A DNA stretch of 64,000 nt from Phycisphaerae bacterium (GTDB lineage: Bacteria > Planctomycetota > Phycisphaerae > UBA1845 > Fen-1342), in assembly GCA_963675745.2 (NCBI GenBank), contig CAXXWX010000015.1:320001-384000 (forward strand). Direction: 5' to 3'. Made by a program: the position numbers and the translations under genes. This document shows, in pieces, positions 1-8,841 of this stretch (its first letter is position 1; every line of letters starts with the position of its first letter). The notes below the pieces were generated by a model. That model did not search any database. It saw only the letters and a program-made list of their open reading frames with translations, and had not been told where the DNA came from.

Positions 1-1
1 C

Positions 2-241
2 GGGCGCGCGGCCGTGGTAGCGGCGGCAGTCGGCTTCATGCTGCACCATATCTTCGCACTGCGCGCCTTTGTGCCCTGGGGCCTGACCGCCCTCGGCGCG
101 GGCGGCGTGCTGGTCGGCGGTGTCATCTGGAGCTGGTGCTACCTGCGCTACCGCTCTATCTGGCCCGGCTACGTCAGCCACGCGATCGTCGACGTCGCCG
201 TCCTCGCCATTGGGTGGCACCTGTTGTTCGGCGCGGCGTGA
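2..241 (+). CDS. CPBP (CAAX protease/Abi) family intramembrane metalloprotease, 3' part; 5' end lies outside the window
   Basis: Hydrophobic helices with FxLHH and SIWPGYVSHAIVD motifs typical of the CPBP C-terminus; frame is open from the window start. Confidence 0.7.
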   Translation, partial: GRAAVVAAAVGFMLHHIFALRAFVPWGLTALGAGGVLVGGVIWSWCYLRYRSIWPGYVSHAIVDVAVLAIGWHLLFGAA

Positions 242-316
242 GAATTACTGAATAGTGAACCTCGCACCGCAAGATTCGGGTGGTTGGGCCGCCGACGACG
301 GCGTACATTCGACCAC

Positions 317-1207
317 ATGAATACCAAACGAAACGAGAAACCGCGTCTTACCGACTACGACCGCATCGGGATTGCGCTGAGCCACCTCGATCACAACCGC
401 CGGCGTTCGGTCCCGCTGGCCGAGTTGGCCGCGGCGGCCGGGCTGAGCACCTTCCACTTCCAGCGCCTCTTCACGCGCTGGGCCGGCATCAGCCCCAAGC
501 GCTTCGCCCGCTACCTTCAACTGGACGACGCGCGGCTGCTGCTGCGCGATGCCCGCTCGGTCCTCGATGCGTCTCTCGACATCGGCCTGTCGAGCCCCGG
601 CCGCCTCCACGACCTGTTCGTCTCGATCGACGCCGTGACGCCGGGCGAGTTCAAGGCCCGCGGCGCAGGTCTGACGATCCGTGTCGGGACGCACGACAGC
701 CCGTTCGGGCCGTGTCTGCTCGGCGTGACTGAACGGGGCATCTGCTGGCTGTCGTTCGCCAGCGCCGAACGCGACGGCCTGGCGGAGCTCCGCGCGACGT
801 GGCCGGCCGCGACAATCCGCGACGACTCCAGGGGGACCAGCGCCTATGCCGGCAGGATTTTCTCGCTGCGCCCACAGGCGTCGCGCCGGCCGCTGCGGCT
901 CCTGGTCGGCGGCACGAATTTCCAGCTCAAGGTCTGGGAGGCGCTCATCCGTATTCCGCCCGGCCGGCTGACAACCTACGCGGACGTCGGTGAAGCGATC
1001 CAACGTCCAACAGCCGCCCGTGCCGTCGGCAACGCCGTCGCCGCCAACCCGATCTCATACCTGATCCCGTGCCACCGGGTCATCCGCCGCATGGGCATCG
1101 TCGGCGACTATCGCTGGGGCCGCCGGCGAAAGAAGACCATGATCGCCTGGGAAAACGTCCGCGCTGGCGAGACGCCCGGTGATTCCCCGCGGCGGCAAGA
1201 CGGTTAA
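317..1207 (+). CDS. ada: Bifunctional AraC-type regulator / methylated-DNA-[protein]-cysteine S-methyltransferase (Ada-like, no N-terminal Zn domain)
   Basis: AraC HTH (LSTFHFQRLFTRWAGISPKRF), GTNFQLKVW, AARAVG and active-site IPCHRV. Confidence 0.9.
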   Translation: MNTKRNEKPRLTDYDRIGIALSHLDHNRRRSVPLAELAAAAGLSTFHFQRLFTRWAGISPKRFARYLQLDDARLLLRDARSVLDASLDIGLSSPGRLHDLFVSIDAVTPGEFKARGAGLTIRVGTHDSPFGPCLLGVTERGICWLSFASAERDGLAELRATWPAATIRDDSRGTSAYAGRIFSLRPQASRRPLRLLVGGTNFQLKVWEALIRIPPGRLTTYADVGEAIQRPTAARAVGNAVAANPISYLIPCHRVIRRMGIVGDYRWGRRRKKTMIAWENVRAGETPGDSPRRQDG

Positions 1208-1307
1208 CCTCGCCTCCGCTGGCACTCTGCCGGGTTTCGACTATCCTTAGCGGCGTCTGAGCAGTTGATACAACCGCAACACACGCGCCTGGCTGGAGGA
1301 TACCGCC

Positions 1308-2363
1308 ATGATGGACAATGTACTGAAGCACCTGGGTGACAAGGCGAATGCGCTGCTCGACCACAAGTGCAACACGATCGCCAGGGAAAACCTGCACCTG
1401 CCCGGGCCGGACTTCCTTGATCGCGTCTTTATCAACTCCGACCGCACGAACCGCGTGCTCAATCGGCTGGCGTGGCTGTATCACCACGGGCGCCTGCGCG
1501 GCAGCGGCTATCTCTCGATCCTGCCGGTCGACCAGGGCATCGAGCACTCCGCCGGCGCCTCATTCGCTCCGAATCCGCAGTACTTCGACCCGGAAAACAT
1601 CGTCAAGCTCGCGATCGAAGGCGGCTGCAACGCCGTGGCCAGCACGTTCGGCGTCCTCGGCATCGTCTCACGCCGCTACGCCCACAAGATTCCCTTCATC
1701 GTCAAGATCAACCACAACGAGCTGCTGGCCTATCCGAACACGTATGACCAGCGCATGTTCGGGCTGGTCGAACAGGCCTGGGACATGGGCGCCGCCGGCG
1801 TCGGCGCGACTATCTACTTCGGCTCCGACGAGTCCGCCCGCCAGATCGAAGAAACCGCCGAGGCGTTCCAGGCCGCCCACGAACTCGGAATGTTCACCGT
1901 CTTGTGGTGCTACACACGGAACAACGCGTTCAAAAAGGACGGCGTCGACTACCACACCGCCGCCGACCTCACCACGCAGGCCAATCATCTCGGCGTCACG
2001 CTTCAGGCCGACATCATCAAGCAGAAAGCCCCAACCACCAACAAGGCGGGCTTTACCGCGCTGAACTTCGGTAAGACCAACAAGCTCGTCTATGAGAAAC
2101 TCTCCAGCGATCACCCGATTGACATGACGCGCCTGCAAATCGCCGGCTGCTACATGGGGCGCATCGGCCTGATCAACTCGGGTGGGGCCTCGGGCGACAA
2201 CGACTTCCAGGATGCCGTCGAGACCGCCGTCATCAACAAGCGGGCCGGCGGCCAGGGGCTGATCAGCGGGCGCAAGGCCTTCCAGCGTCCGATGAAGGAC
2301 GGGATCGCCCTGCTGAACGCAATCCAGGATGTCTATCTGGCCAAGGAGATTACCGTCGCGTAG
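1308..2363 (+). CDS. fbaB: Class I fructose-bisphosphate aldolase (DhnA/FbaB family)
   Basis: [17 protein letters not shown] (Schiff-base Lys) and LISGRKAFQ motifs; GGAGG RBS. Confidence 0.95.
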   Translation: MMDNVLKHLGDKANALLDHKCNTIARENLHLPGPDFLDRVFINSDRTNRVLNRLAWLYHHGRLRGSGYLSILPVDQGIEHSAGASFAPNPQYFDPENIVKLAIEGGCNAVASTFGVLGIVSRRYAHKIPFIVKINHNELLAYPNTYDQRMFGLVEQAWDMGAAGVGATIYFGSDESARQIEETAEAFQAAHELGMFTVLWCYTRNNAFKKDGVDYHTAADLTTQANHLGVTLQADIIKQKAPTTNKAGFTALNFGKTNKLVYEKLSSDHPIDMTRLQIAGCYMGRIGLINSGGASGDNDFQDAVETAVINKRAGGQGLISGRKAFQRPMKDGIALLNAIQDVYLAKEITVA

Positions 2364-2388
2364 CGCGCCAGCGACGCGTGGATACAAC

Positions 2389-2420
2389 AGTGCCCCACCG
2401 GATGGTGGGGCACTTTTTTT
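2389..2420 (+). terminator. Rho-independent terminator after fbaB
   Basis: AGTGCCCCACC-GGAT-GGTGGGGCACT hairpin followed by a T run. Confidence 0.9.
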
Positions 2421-2448
2421 GTTGCGCGGTAGCCCAGGGGAGAAGCAG

Positions 2449-3183
2449 CTACGCCACACGGCGCCTCAGACAAGCGATGGCGCCGAGGCCAAGCACGCCC
2501 AGCATCGTTGCGGTCGGCGTTGGGATAGGCTTGGCGGTGGCGCGGACCTCGACGACCACGTCGTTGTAGTCGCCGATGCCGCCAAACGCGTCTTCCCAGA
2601 ACAGCGCCCAGGTGGTCCAGCCGTCGTCGAGCCCGGTGATCTGGTAGCTGACCATCCAGTCTATGCCGAGGAAGTTGTCAGCAGCGCGCGACGAGTGTGT
2701 GTGCGCGCCGCGCTGGTGCGCAAACCGCCAGGTGGAACCGCTGGCATCGACCATGCTCATCGAGCCGGTGGTGGCGAACCCATAGCCGCTGACGTCAAAG
2801 AGCTTGTTGTATGAGCCGCCGCTCGCACCGCCAAAGAACCCGAACGATTGATTCGGCAGTATGGTGTACTTGGCGCTGGCGTGTGCCTCGATGAAACCAT
2901 CGTCGAACACCTGGTCGTCAGCGGCGCCCGGCGTGCCGTTGACGATGTTCATGATCCCACCGAGGCCTTTGTCGTCGATGCGTGTGGCGGTAATCGCCCC
3001 GTTCGACCAGTCCACGCCGTTGCCATCCAACGTGAATGACCCACCATAAATACCGGAGAGGATGTCACCGTGGCCCAGCTCTCCCGGGAACGGCGCGCTC
3101 ACCGATGAGAAATCCGCGCTGACCGGCGCGACAAGCGCAAGACACAGCGCCACCGGCATAACTACTTTGCCTGCGTTTAGCAT
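2449..3183 (-). CDS. Secreted PEP-CTERM-like sorted protein with a DUF4114-like motif
   Basis: N-terminal signal peptide; WEDAFGGIGDYNDVVVEV; C-terminal IPTP, hydrophobic helix and RRR. Confidence 0.8.
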   Translation of the reverse strand: MLNAGKVVMPVALCLALVAPVSADFSSVSAPFPGELGHGDILSGIYGGSFTLDGNGVDWSNGAITATRIDDKGLGGIMNIVNGTPGAADDQVFDDGFIEAHASAKYTILPNQSFGFFGGASGGSYNKLFDVSGYGFATTGSMSMVDASGSTWRFAHQRGAHTHSSRAADNFLGIDWMVSYQITGLDDGWTTWALFWEDAFGGIGDYNDVVVEVRATAKPIPTPTATMLGVLGLGAIACLRRRVA

Positions 3184-3424
3184 GATCTGCCCCTTACCGT
3201 CTCCCCAGTTGGGGGGAGATGCCCTTACGAATCGCGATATGGACCGCACACTCCCTGTCACGCGTCTTGGTGACTTGTGCCCGGCGCCCTTTCACCGGGT
3301 GTGCGATGCCCTGTCTCCTGTGCCTCAGTGTATCCAAACGGCCGCATACAATGCAATACCAGAGATTGTCTGCCGTCACGCACGCGCGAGGAGATGACAT
3401 GCGCGGGCCAGCCGGCTACCGGAA

Positions 3425-3440
3425 TGGCACGGCGCTTGCT
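3425..3440 (+). promoter_or_regulatory. sigma54 (-24/-12) promoter upstream of the GH18 gene
   Basis: TGGCAC-GGCGC-TTGCT matches TGGCAC-N5-TTGCW exactly, about 65 nt before the start. Confidence 0.7.
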
Positions 3441-3504
3441 GTTTGCACGGGCAGATTGGTACGATGAGCCTGTAAACGGACAGTGGTGGGTGGAGATGGT
3501 TCTG

Positions 3505-4860
3505 ATGCGTTTAGCACCGATAATTGTCATTGCGATTACTGGCGTCGCCTTTGCGCAAGTGCCCGATGACCTCGTGCAATTGCCCGTGCATCAACGGGCA
3601 CTCGAGACTCACCGCGACACACCAACGTCCCCCGACCTGATCGGGCCGCGCGACGCCGTGCTCATCCCCTTGCAAACAAGGGACTTACCGTCGCACCCTT
3701 GCGCAACCGTGTTTGGCTACCTCCCCTATTGGGAAAGTGCGGCGAACCTGCGCTACGAGCATCTCACGCACATCGCCTGCTTCTCGGTCGAGGTCAACAG
3801 CAACGGGACGCTGGGCGACGATCACGGCTGGCCGTGGACCAGCCTGATCAACGATGCCCACGCCAACGGCGTCAAGGTCGTGCTCGTCGCCACGCTGTTC
3901 AGCAACAGCGGCATCAACACGCTCATCAACAACTCCACCTACAAAAACAACTTCTTCGTCAACATGAAAAACAAGATGCTCGAGGGGACCGCCGACGGCA
4001 TCAACATCGACTTCGAGCCCGGCGGCAGCGGCAGCCTGGACTGGCAATCGCAGATTCACACCTTCATGGCCGAGTTAACCGCCTACATGCACGCCGAGGT
4101 GCCCGGCAGTGAGGTGACGATCGCCGGCCCGGCGGTCAACTGGAGCAGCCGCTGGGATCTGGCGGCGGTGGCTGACGGCTGCGACGGTATCTTCATCATG
4201 GGTTACGCATTCGCCGGTAGCTGGAGCTCATCAACCTGGGCCAACGCGCCGCTGGAAGGCGGGAGCTACGACATCACCAACACCGTGCTGACGCAGTATG
4301 GTGACGTAACCCAGAACCACCCCGAGAAGCTGATTCTCGGCGTGCCGTACTACGGTAACGAGTGGAAAACCACCAGTTCGGATCCGCACGCGACCGTCAG
4401 CAGCTACGTCTCCTCCACGCGTTTTCGCGACGACGAACCCGACTCGCAAACATATGGCCTGCTCTGGGACACGGTTACACAAACCCCGTGGTATCGCCGG
4501 TGGGATGGTTCATACTGGCGTCAGGTGTGGTTCGACAACGCGACCAGCCTGGGGCTGAAGTACGACCTGGCATTGGACAACAACCTCCAGGGCGTCGGCA
4601 TGTGGGCGCTGAATTACGACGGCACGCGCGACGAGCTCTGGGACCTGCTGGCGACCAAGATCGGCGGCTGTGTCTCCTACGGCGACTTCGACGGCGACGG
4701 TGACGCCGACAGCGACGACTGGCCATTCTTCGTCTTCTGCCTGGGCGGCCCCGAAGACACGTACTCCGACGGGCACATCTGTCTGCCCGGCGACGCCGAC
4801 GAAGACCTCGACGTCGACATCACCGACTTCTCGATGTTCCAGGAAGTGTGTTTACCGTAG
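3505..4860 (+). CDS. Secreted glycoside hydrolase family 18 (chitobiase/chitinase-like) with a C-terminal dockerin-like domain
   Basis: Signal peptide; catalytic DGINIDFE; IMGY, KLILGVPYYG and GVGMWAL motifs; C-terminal GDFDGDGDAD...GDADEDLDVD repeats; GGAG RBS. Confidence 0.9.
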   Translation: MRLAPIIVIAITGVAFAQVPDDLVQLPVHQRALETHRDTPTSPDLIGPRDAVLIPLQTRDLPSHPCATVFGYLPYWESAANLRYEHLTHIACFSVEVNSNGTLGDDHGWPWTSLINDAHANGVKVVLVATLFSNSGINTLINNSTYKNNFFVNMKNKMLEGTADGINIDFEPGGSGSLDWQSQIHTFMAELTAYMHAEVPGSEVTIAGPAVNWSSRWDLAAVADGCDGIFIMGYAFAGSWSSSTWANAPLEGGSYDITNTVLTQYGDVTQNHPEKLILGVPYYGNEWKTTSSDPHATVSSYVSSTRFRDDEPDSQTYGLLWDTVTQTPWYRRWDGSYWRQVWFDNATSLGLKYDLALDNNLQGVGMWALNYDGTRDELWDLLATKIGGCVSYGDFDGDGDADSDDWPFFVFCLGGPEDTYSDGHICLPGDADEDLDVDITDFSMFQEVCLP

Positions 4861-4930
4861 GAATGCAGAAGCCACGAACGTAGCGCAGGTACTTCTGCAT
4901 TCATCATTCTGCATTCCGCATTCTGCATTC
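4861..4930. repeat. GAATGCA/TGCATTC heptamer array forming an inverted repeat between convergent genes
   Basis: GAATGCAGAAG (4861-4871) is the reverse complement of CTTCTGCATTC (4892-4902), followed by four more NNCATTC units. Confidence 0.85.
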
Positions 4931-4935
4931 GTCCC

Positions 4936-5823
4936 CTACTCCAGCGCCTTCACCATCGCCTCACCGATGTCCGCCGGGCTGTCCACCACTGTTATGCCCG
5001 CTTCGCGCAAGGCGGCGATCTTTGACTGGGCCGTGCCTTCACCGCCCGAAATGATCGCGCCGGCGTGCCCCATGCGCTTCCCCGGCGGAGCGGTCTGACC
5101 GGCGATGAAGCTGACCACCGGCTTCGAGACCTTGGCCTTGATGTGCTCGGCGGCGTGCTCCTCGTCGGTCCCGCCGATCTCGCCGATCATGACGATACCG
5201 TTGGTGTTCGCATCGGCCTCGAACATATCGAGCAGTTCGATGAAGTTGAGACCCTTGACCGGATCGCCACCGATACCGACACAGGTCGTCTGGCCGATAT
5301 CACGCGTCGTACACTGCCAGACGGCTTCGTACGTCAGCGTTCCGCTGCGTGAGATGATGCCGACGGCTCTTCTCGCATCACGCGCGGGCTTGTGGATATA
5401 GCCGGGCATGATGCCGATCTTGCACTCGCCGGGGGTTATCACACCGGGGCAGTTCGGGCCGACCAGCTTCACGCCGCGATCATCCAGATACTTGCGCGCC
5501 TTGACCATATCGAGCGTCGGAACACCCTCGGTGATCAGCACGACCAGTTTAATGCCGGCCTCGGCGGCTTCCATGGCGGCGGCACCCGCGAACGCCGCCG
5601 GCACGAAGACCATCGATGTGTCGGCACCGGTCTGCCGGACCGCCTCCGAAACGGTGTCAAACACCGGCAGCCCGTGTTCGGACTTGGTTCCGCCCTTGCC
5701 CGGCGTGCAGCCGCCGACAATCTGCGTGCCGTACTCCAGGCACTGGGCTGTATGAAAGGCGCCGGCCTTGCCGGTGATGCCCTGACAGATCACGCGCGTG
5801 TTCCTATCGACCAAAATGCTCAT
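4936..5823 (-). CDS. sucD: Succinyl-CoA synthetase alpha subunit
   Basis: [23 protein letters not shown] and phospho-His motif MGHAGA. Confidence 0.97.
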   Translation of the reverse strand: MSILVDRNTRVICQGITGKAGAFHTAQCLEYGTQIVGGCTPGKGGTKSEHGLPVFDTVSEAVRQTGADTSMVFVPAAFAGAAAMEAAEAGIKLVVLITEGVPTLDMVKARKYLDDRGVKLVGPNCPGVITPGECKIGIMPGYIHKPARDARRAVGIISRSGTLTYEAVWQCTTRDIGQTTCVGIGGDPVKGLNFIELLDMFEADANTNGIVMIGEIGGTDEEHAAEHIKAKVSKPVVSFIAGQTAPPGKRMGHAGAIISGGEGTAQSKIAALREAGITVVDSPADIGEAMVKALE

Positions 5824-6130
5824 CGTGCTCGGTTCCTGGTACGTCTGCCTACCGGGTTGGTACGGCGGCCGCCTGCCGCCGAAGCCGGTTTATATCGCGC
5901 CGGCCGGCCGATTGAAAGCGGCACAACGCCACAGCCCCCCTGATCCGCGCCTGACTTGCGCGCCGGCGGGCCGCCGGGTCTGGCGCACTCGGGCGAACTC
6001 AAACCGGTCATTTGCGTATGCTCCCAATGAGCCGGGTGTAACGCGATGCTTGCGACACCTTGCCCTGGGGGCTATACACGGCGCTCTGCTATGTCTGCGT
6101 AGAAGCGCTGGATCCTCGGAGAACCGCCGC

Positions 6131-7444
6131 ATGGCGAAATCAAAAGTTGCCATACTGAAAACCACGCCCGCCACCGTCTTGCGGGACTATCACGAACTGA
6201 TGAATCTGGCCGGCTACCAGCATGTGATTGCCAAAGATGCCGACACGGCCCTGAAGGTGAACATCTCGTGGCATTTCTTCTATCCGGGCAGTTCAACCAC
6301 ACCCTGGCAGATGGAAGGCGTCATTCGAGCGATGAAGAATGACGGCTATGACCCCGAGCTGATCCATGCCTGTCACAATCGCACCGTGGTCATCGACGCC
6401 CGTTTCGGCGAGCAGGAAAACAAGCAGCGCCACGTCGTCGATGCCCATGGGCTGCGCAACGTGCATCTGTATCCAGAGCCCGGCAAGCAGCCCGAGGAGT
6501 GGATCGACGTCCGCGACGCGGTCGGTGATCTGGCCAAGAAGTTCACCGTGCTCAACGACGTCTATCCCAACGGTTTCGACATCCCCCGCCGTTTCATCGG
6601 CGAGAACATCATCCACCTGCCCACCGTCAAAACACACATTTTCACCACCACCACCGGCGCGATGAAAAACGCGTTTGGCGGGCTGCTGAACGAACGCCGG
6701 CACTGGACCCATCCGGTGATCCACGAAACATTGTGCGATCTGCTGATGATCCAGAAGCACATTCACCGCGGCCTGCTGGCGGTCTCGGATGGCACGTTTG
6801 CCGGCGACGGCCCCGGGCCGCGCTGCATGATTCCGCACGTGAAGAACGTCATCCTGGCCAGTGCCGACCAGGTTGCCATTGATGCCGTCGCCGCCAGGCT
6901 GATGGGCATGGACCCGCTGAGCATCAAGTACATCAGGATGGCGCACGAACTGGGCCTGGGTGTCGGTGACCCGCGCGAAATCGAGATCGTGGGTGATCGT
7001 GAAGCTGCCAGCGAAAACTGGCACTTCGTCGGTCCGTTCAAGAAGATGACATTCGCGAGCAAGATGCAGCACCTGATTTACTGGGGACCGCTCAAACGGC
7101 CCATGGAGTGGTCGCTGAAGACGGTGTTGGCGCCTTGGTCATACATTGCCAGCGTGATCTATCACGACTCGTTCTGGTACCCCACACGCGCCAAGAAGAC
7201 AATGGCCGCGGTGCTCAACAGCGAGTGGGGTCGTCTTTTCCGTAATTGGGAGCATGCGCGGCCCGACGCCGACGGGAACGGCTATCCCGAGGTGGGCGAA
7301 CATCCGGCCGAACTGACCCGCACGGGCTGGGCGGCTTTGGCCAAATCGTTCTCGATCCTCGGCACGTGCATTAAGGAAGCACCTGAGTTTACCGTTCGGC
7401 GTCGGCGTAAACGCGCGAAACTGGAAGAAGTAAGTCAGAAGTGA
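6131..7444 (+). CDS. DUF362 domain protein (putative Fe-S protein)
   Basis: LKVNI, STTP, IHLPTVKTH, TTGAMKNAFG and SADQVAIDAVAA motifs. Confidence 0.85.
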   Translation: MAKSKVAILKTTPATVLRDYHELMNLAGYQHVIAKDADTALKVNISWHFFYPGSSTTPWQMEGVIRAMKNDGYDPELIHACHNRTVVIDARFGEQENKQRHVVDAHGLRNVHLYPEPGKQPEEWIDVRDAVGDLAKKFTVLNDVYPNGFDIPRRFIGENIIHLPTVKTHIFTTTTGAMKNAFGGLLNERRHWTHPVIHETLCDLLMIQKHIHRGLLAVSDGTFAGDGPGPRCMIPHVKNVILASADQVAIDAVAARLMGMDPLSIKYIRMAHELGLGVGDPREIEIVGDREAASENWHFVGPFKKMTFASKMQHLIYWGPLKRPMEWSLKTVLAPWSYIASVIYHDSFWYPTRAKKTMAAVLNSEWGRLFRNWEHARPDADGNGYPEVGEHPAELTRTGWAALAKSFSILGTCIKEAPEFTVRRRRKRAKLEEVSQK

Positions 7445-7494
7445 GAGGTCAGAGGTTAGAGGTTAGACGTCAGACGCTAGAGGTTAGAGGTCAG
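7432..7494 (+). repeat. Nine-copy heptamer array (consensus AGGTYAG) overlapping the DUF362 stop codon
   Basis: aagtcag aagtgag aggtcag aggttag aggttag acgtcag acgctag aggttag aggtcag. Confidence 0.9.
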
Positions 7495-7536
7495 AAACGC
7501 GCGGCGTCTGGCGCGCGTTGTGGGGTTGTCTTTGCG

Positions 7537-8490
7537 TCAATCGTCGCGCTGCGGGCATGCGCTCCGGGTGCTGAGAGACGATAGTTGCGCGTCGAACTCG
7601 CCAAGAACACCGTTGAGGTTCCGTTCGCGCTGCCCGACAAGCGCCGCACGCTCGGTCGTCTGCTGTTCGCGAAACCGCAGGGCTATGAACTGTCGGCGCA
7701 ATTCCTCTTCACGGGCCGCCAGAGCCGTGAACTGCGCGACTAGCTCCGCGCTGCGCGTGTGAAAGTCAAATCGTTGCCGCCGTTCGGACCGCAGACGGGT
7801 GAGAATCCTGCGGCGGCGCGCAGCCAGCCTGGCGGCACCTTGTCTAAGTTCGCGCCCCACCTCATCCAGCTTTGCGCGGCACAGGGCCAGATCCTCGGCG
7901 CGAGCGGCGACGGCTCGCGCACGCTTGGAAAGCTGCCGCCCGTGATCGTCGAGCTCGGCGGAGCGCGCGTCCAACTCCTCGGCTCGCGCCGTAAGCTCGG
8001 CTTGCAAGGCGCCCACCGTCAACTCGCGCTTGGCAAGGTCCTCCTGCAGTGCGGCAAGCTCACTTTGTCGCGCCGCGATCGGGCAGGCGGTTTCCACTGG
8101 CGCGCGTTCGCTCCGAGCAGGTTGCGCGCTGCGTGAGTCGAGTTGACTTTCGCGTAGGGCCAGGCGCCGTTCACGCTCTTCACACGCCTGGTCGCGCGCC
8201 GCAATCGCCACCTCCAGCGCGGAGACCCGGGCTGAGCGTGCGTCGAGCTCGGAAGTACGCTGATCCAGTTGTGCTTCGCGTCGCGCCAGGTCGGCGTCGC
8301 GCGGCTCGAGTTCGTCGCGCAATTGCCGCAGACGATCTGATCTCCGTTCGAGATCCTGGCACAGCGCCCGCCACTTCTCGGCTTTGGTGGAGAGTGCCTG
8401 CGCAGCCGTGCCGCGCTGCCGCGTTATGAAGTCGCCGGCGCCGGCCGGCCTCAGGTCGGCCGCATCCGCTGTTATCGGTCGGGAACCCAT
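7537..8490 (-). CDS. Hypothetical long coiled-coil protein
   Basis: Heptad-rich E/R/L/A/Q composition; AAGGAG RBS before ATG at 8490. Confidence 0.7.
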   Translation of the reverse strand: MGSRPITADAADLRPAGAGDFITRQRGTAAQALSTKAEKWRALCQDLERRSDRLRQLRDELEPRDADLARREAQLDQRTSELDARSARVSALEVAIAARDQACEERERRLALRESQLDSRSAQPARSERAPVETACPIAARQSELAALQEDLAKRELTVGALQAELTARAEELDARSAELDDHGRQLSKRARAVAARAEDLALCRAKLDEVGRELRQGAARLAARRRRILTRLRSERRQRFDFHTRSAELVAQFTALAAREEELRRQFIALRFREQQTTERAALVGQRERNLNGVLGEFDAQLSSLSTRSACPQRDD

Positions 8491-8841
8491 CAGGCACTCC
8501 TTGGGCGGCACGCGTCAACCGCATGCACGCGCGGCGCTCGCACAGACTCCACCCTCCTGCGAGGAGTCATCGTCCCGCCCGGCCGCTGTGTTCACTTGCG
8601 CTTCCTCACCGCCCGGCGTTCCGTGCGCACGGACCGGCCCGACCGTGGCCCTGGCAGTCTCGCCGGCTCAGCACATCTCCACGCACGCCGATAATGCACG
8701 CTTCTCCCGCGGACACACCGTGCGACCTTCAGCCACGCCGCCCGCGCGTCTCCGCTCATTTGACCGCGACGCGCCTTTCTCGTTGAATATGCAGTTTCCC
8801 TGGATCGACGTGTGCCAGGAGCCGCGCGAGAGGAATAATCA

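Noticed and set aside
8491..8670. Possible TGA readthrough extending the coiled-coil gene upstream
   Set aside because: A second in-frame TGA at 8668-8670, non-coding-like sequence, and a good RBS at the 8490 start.
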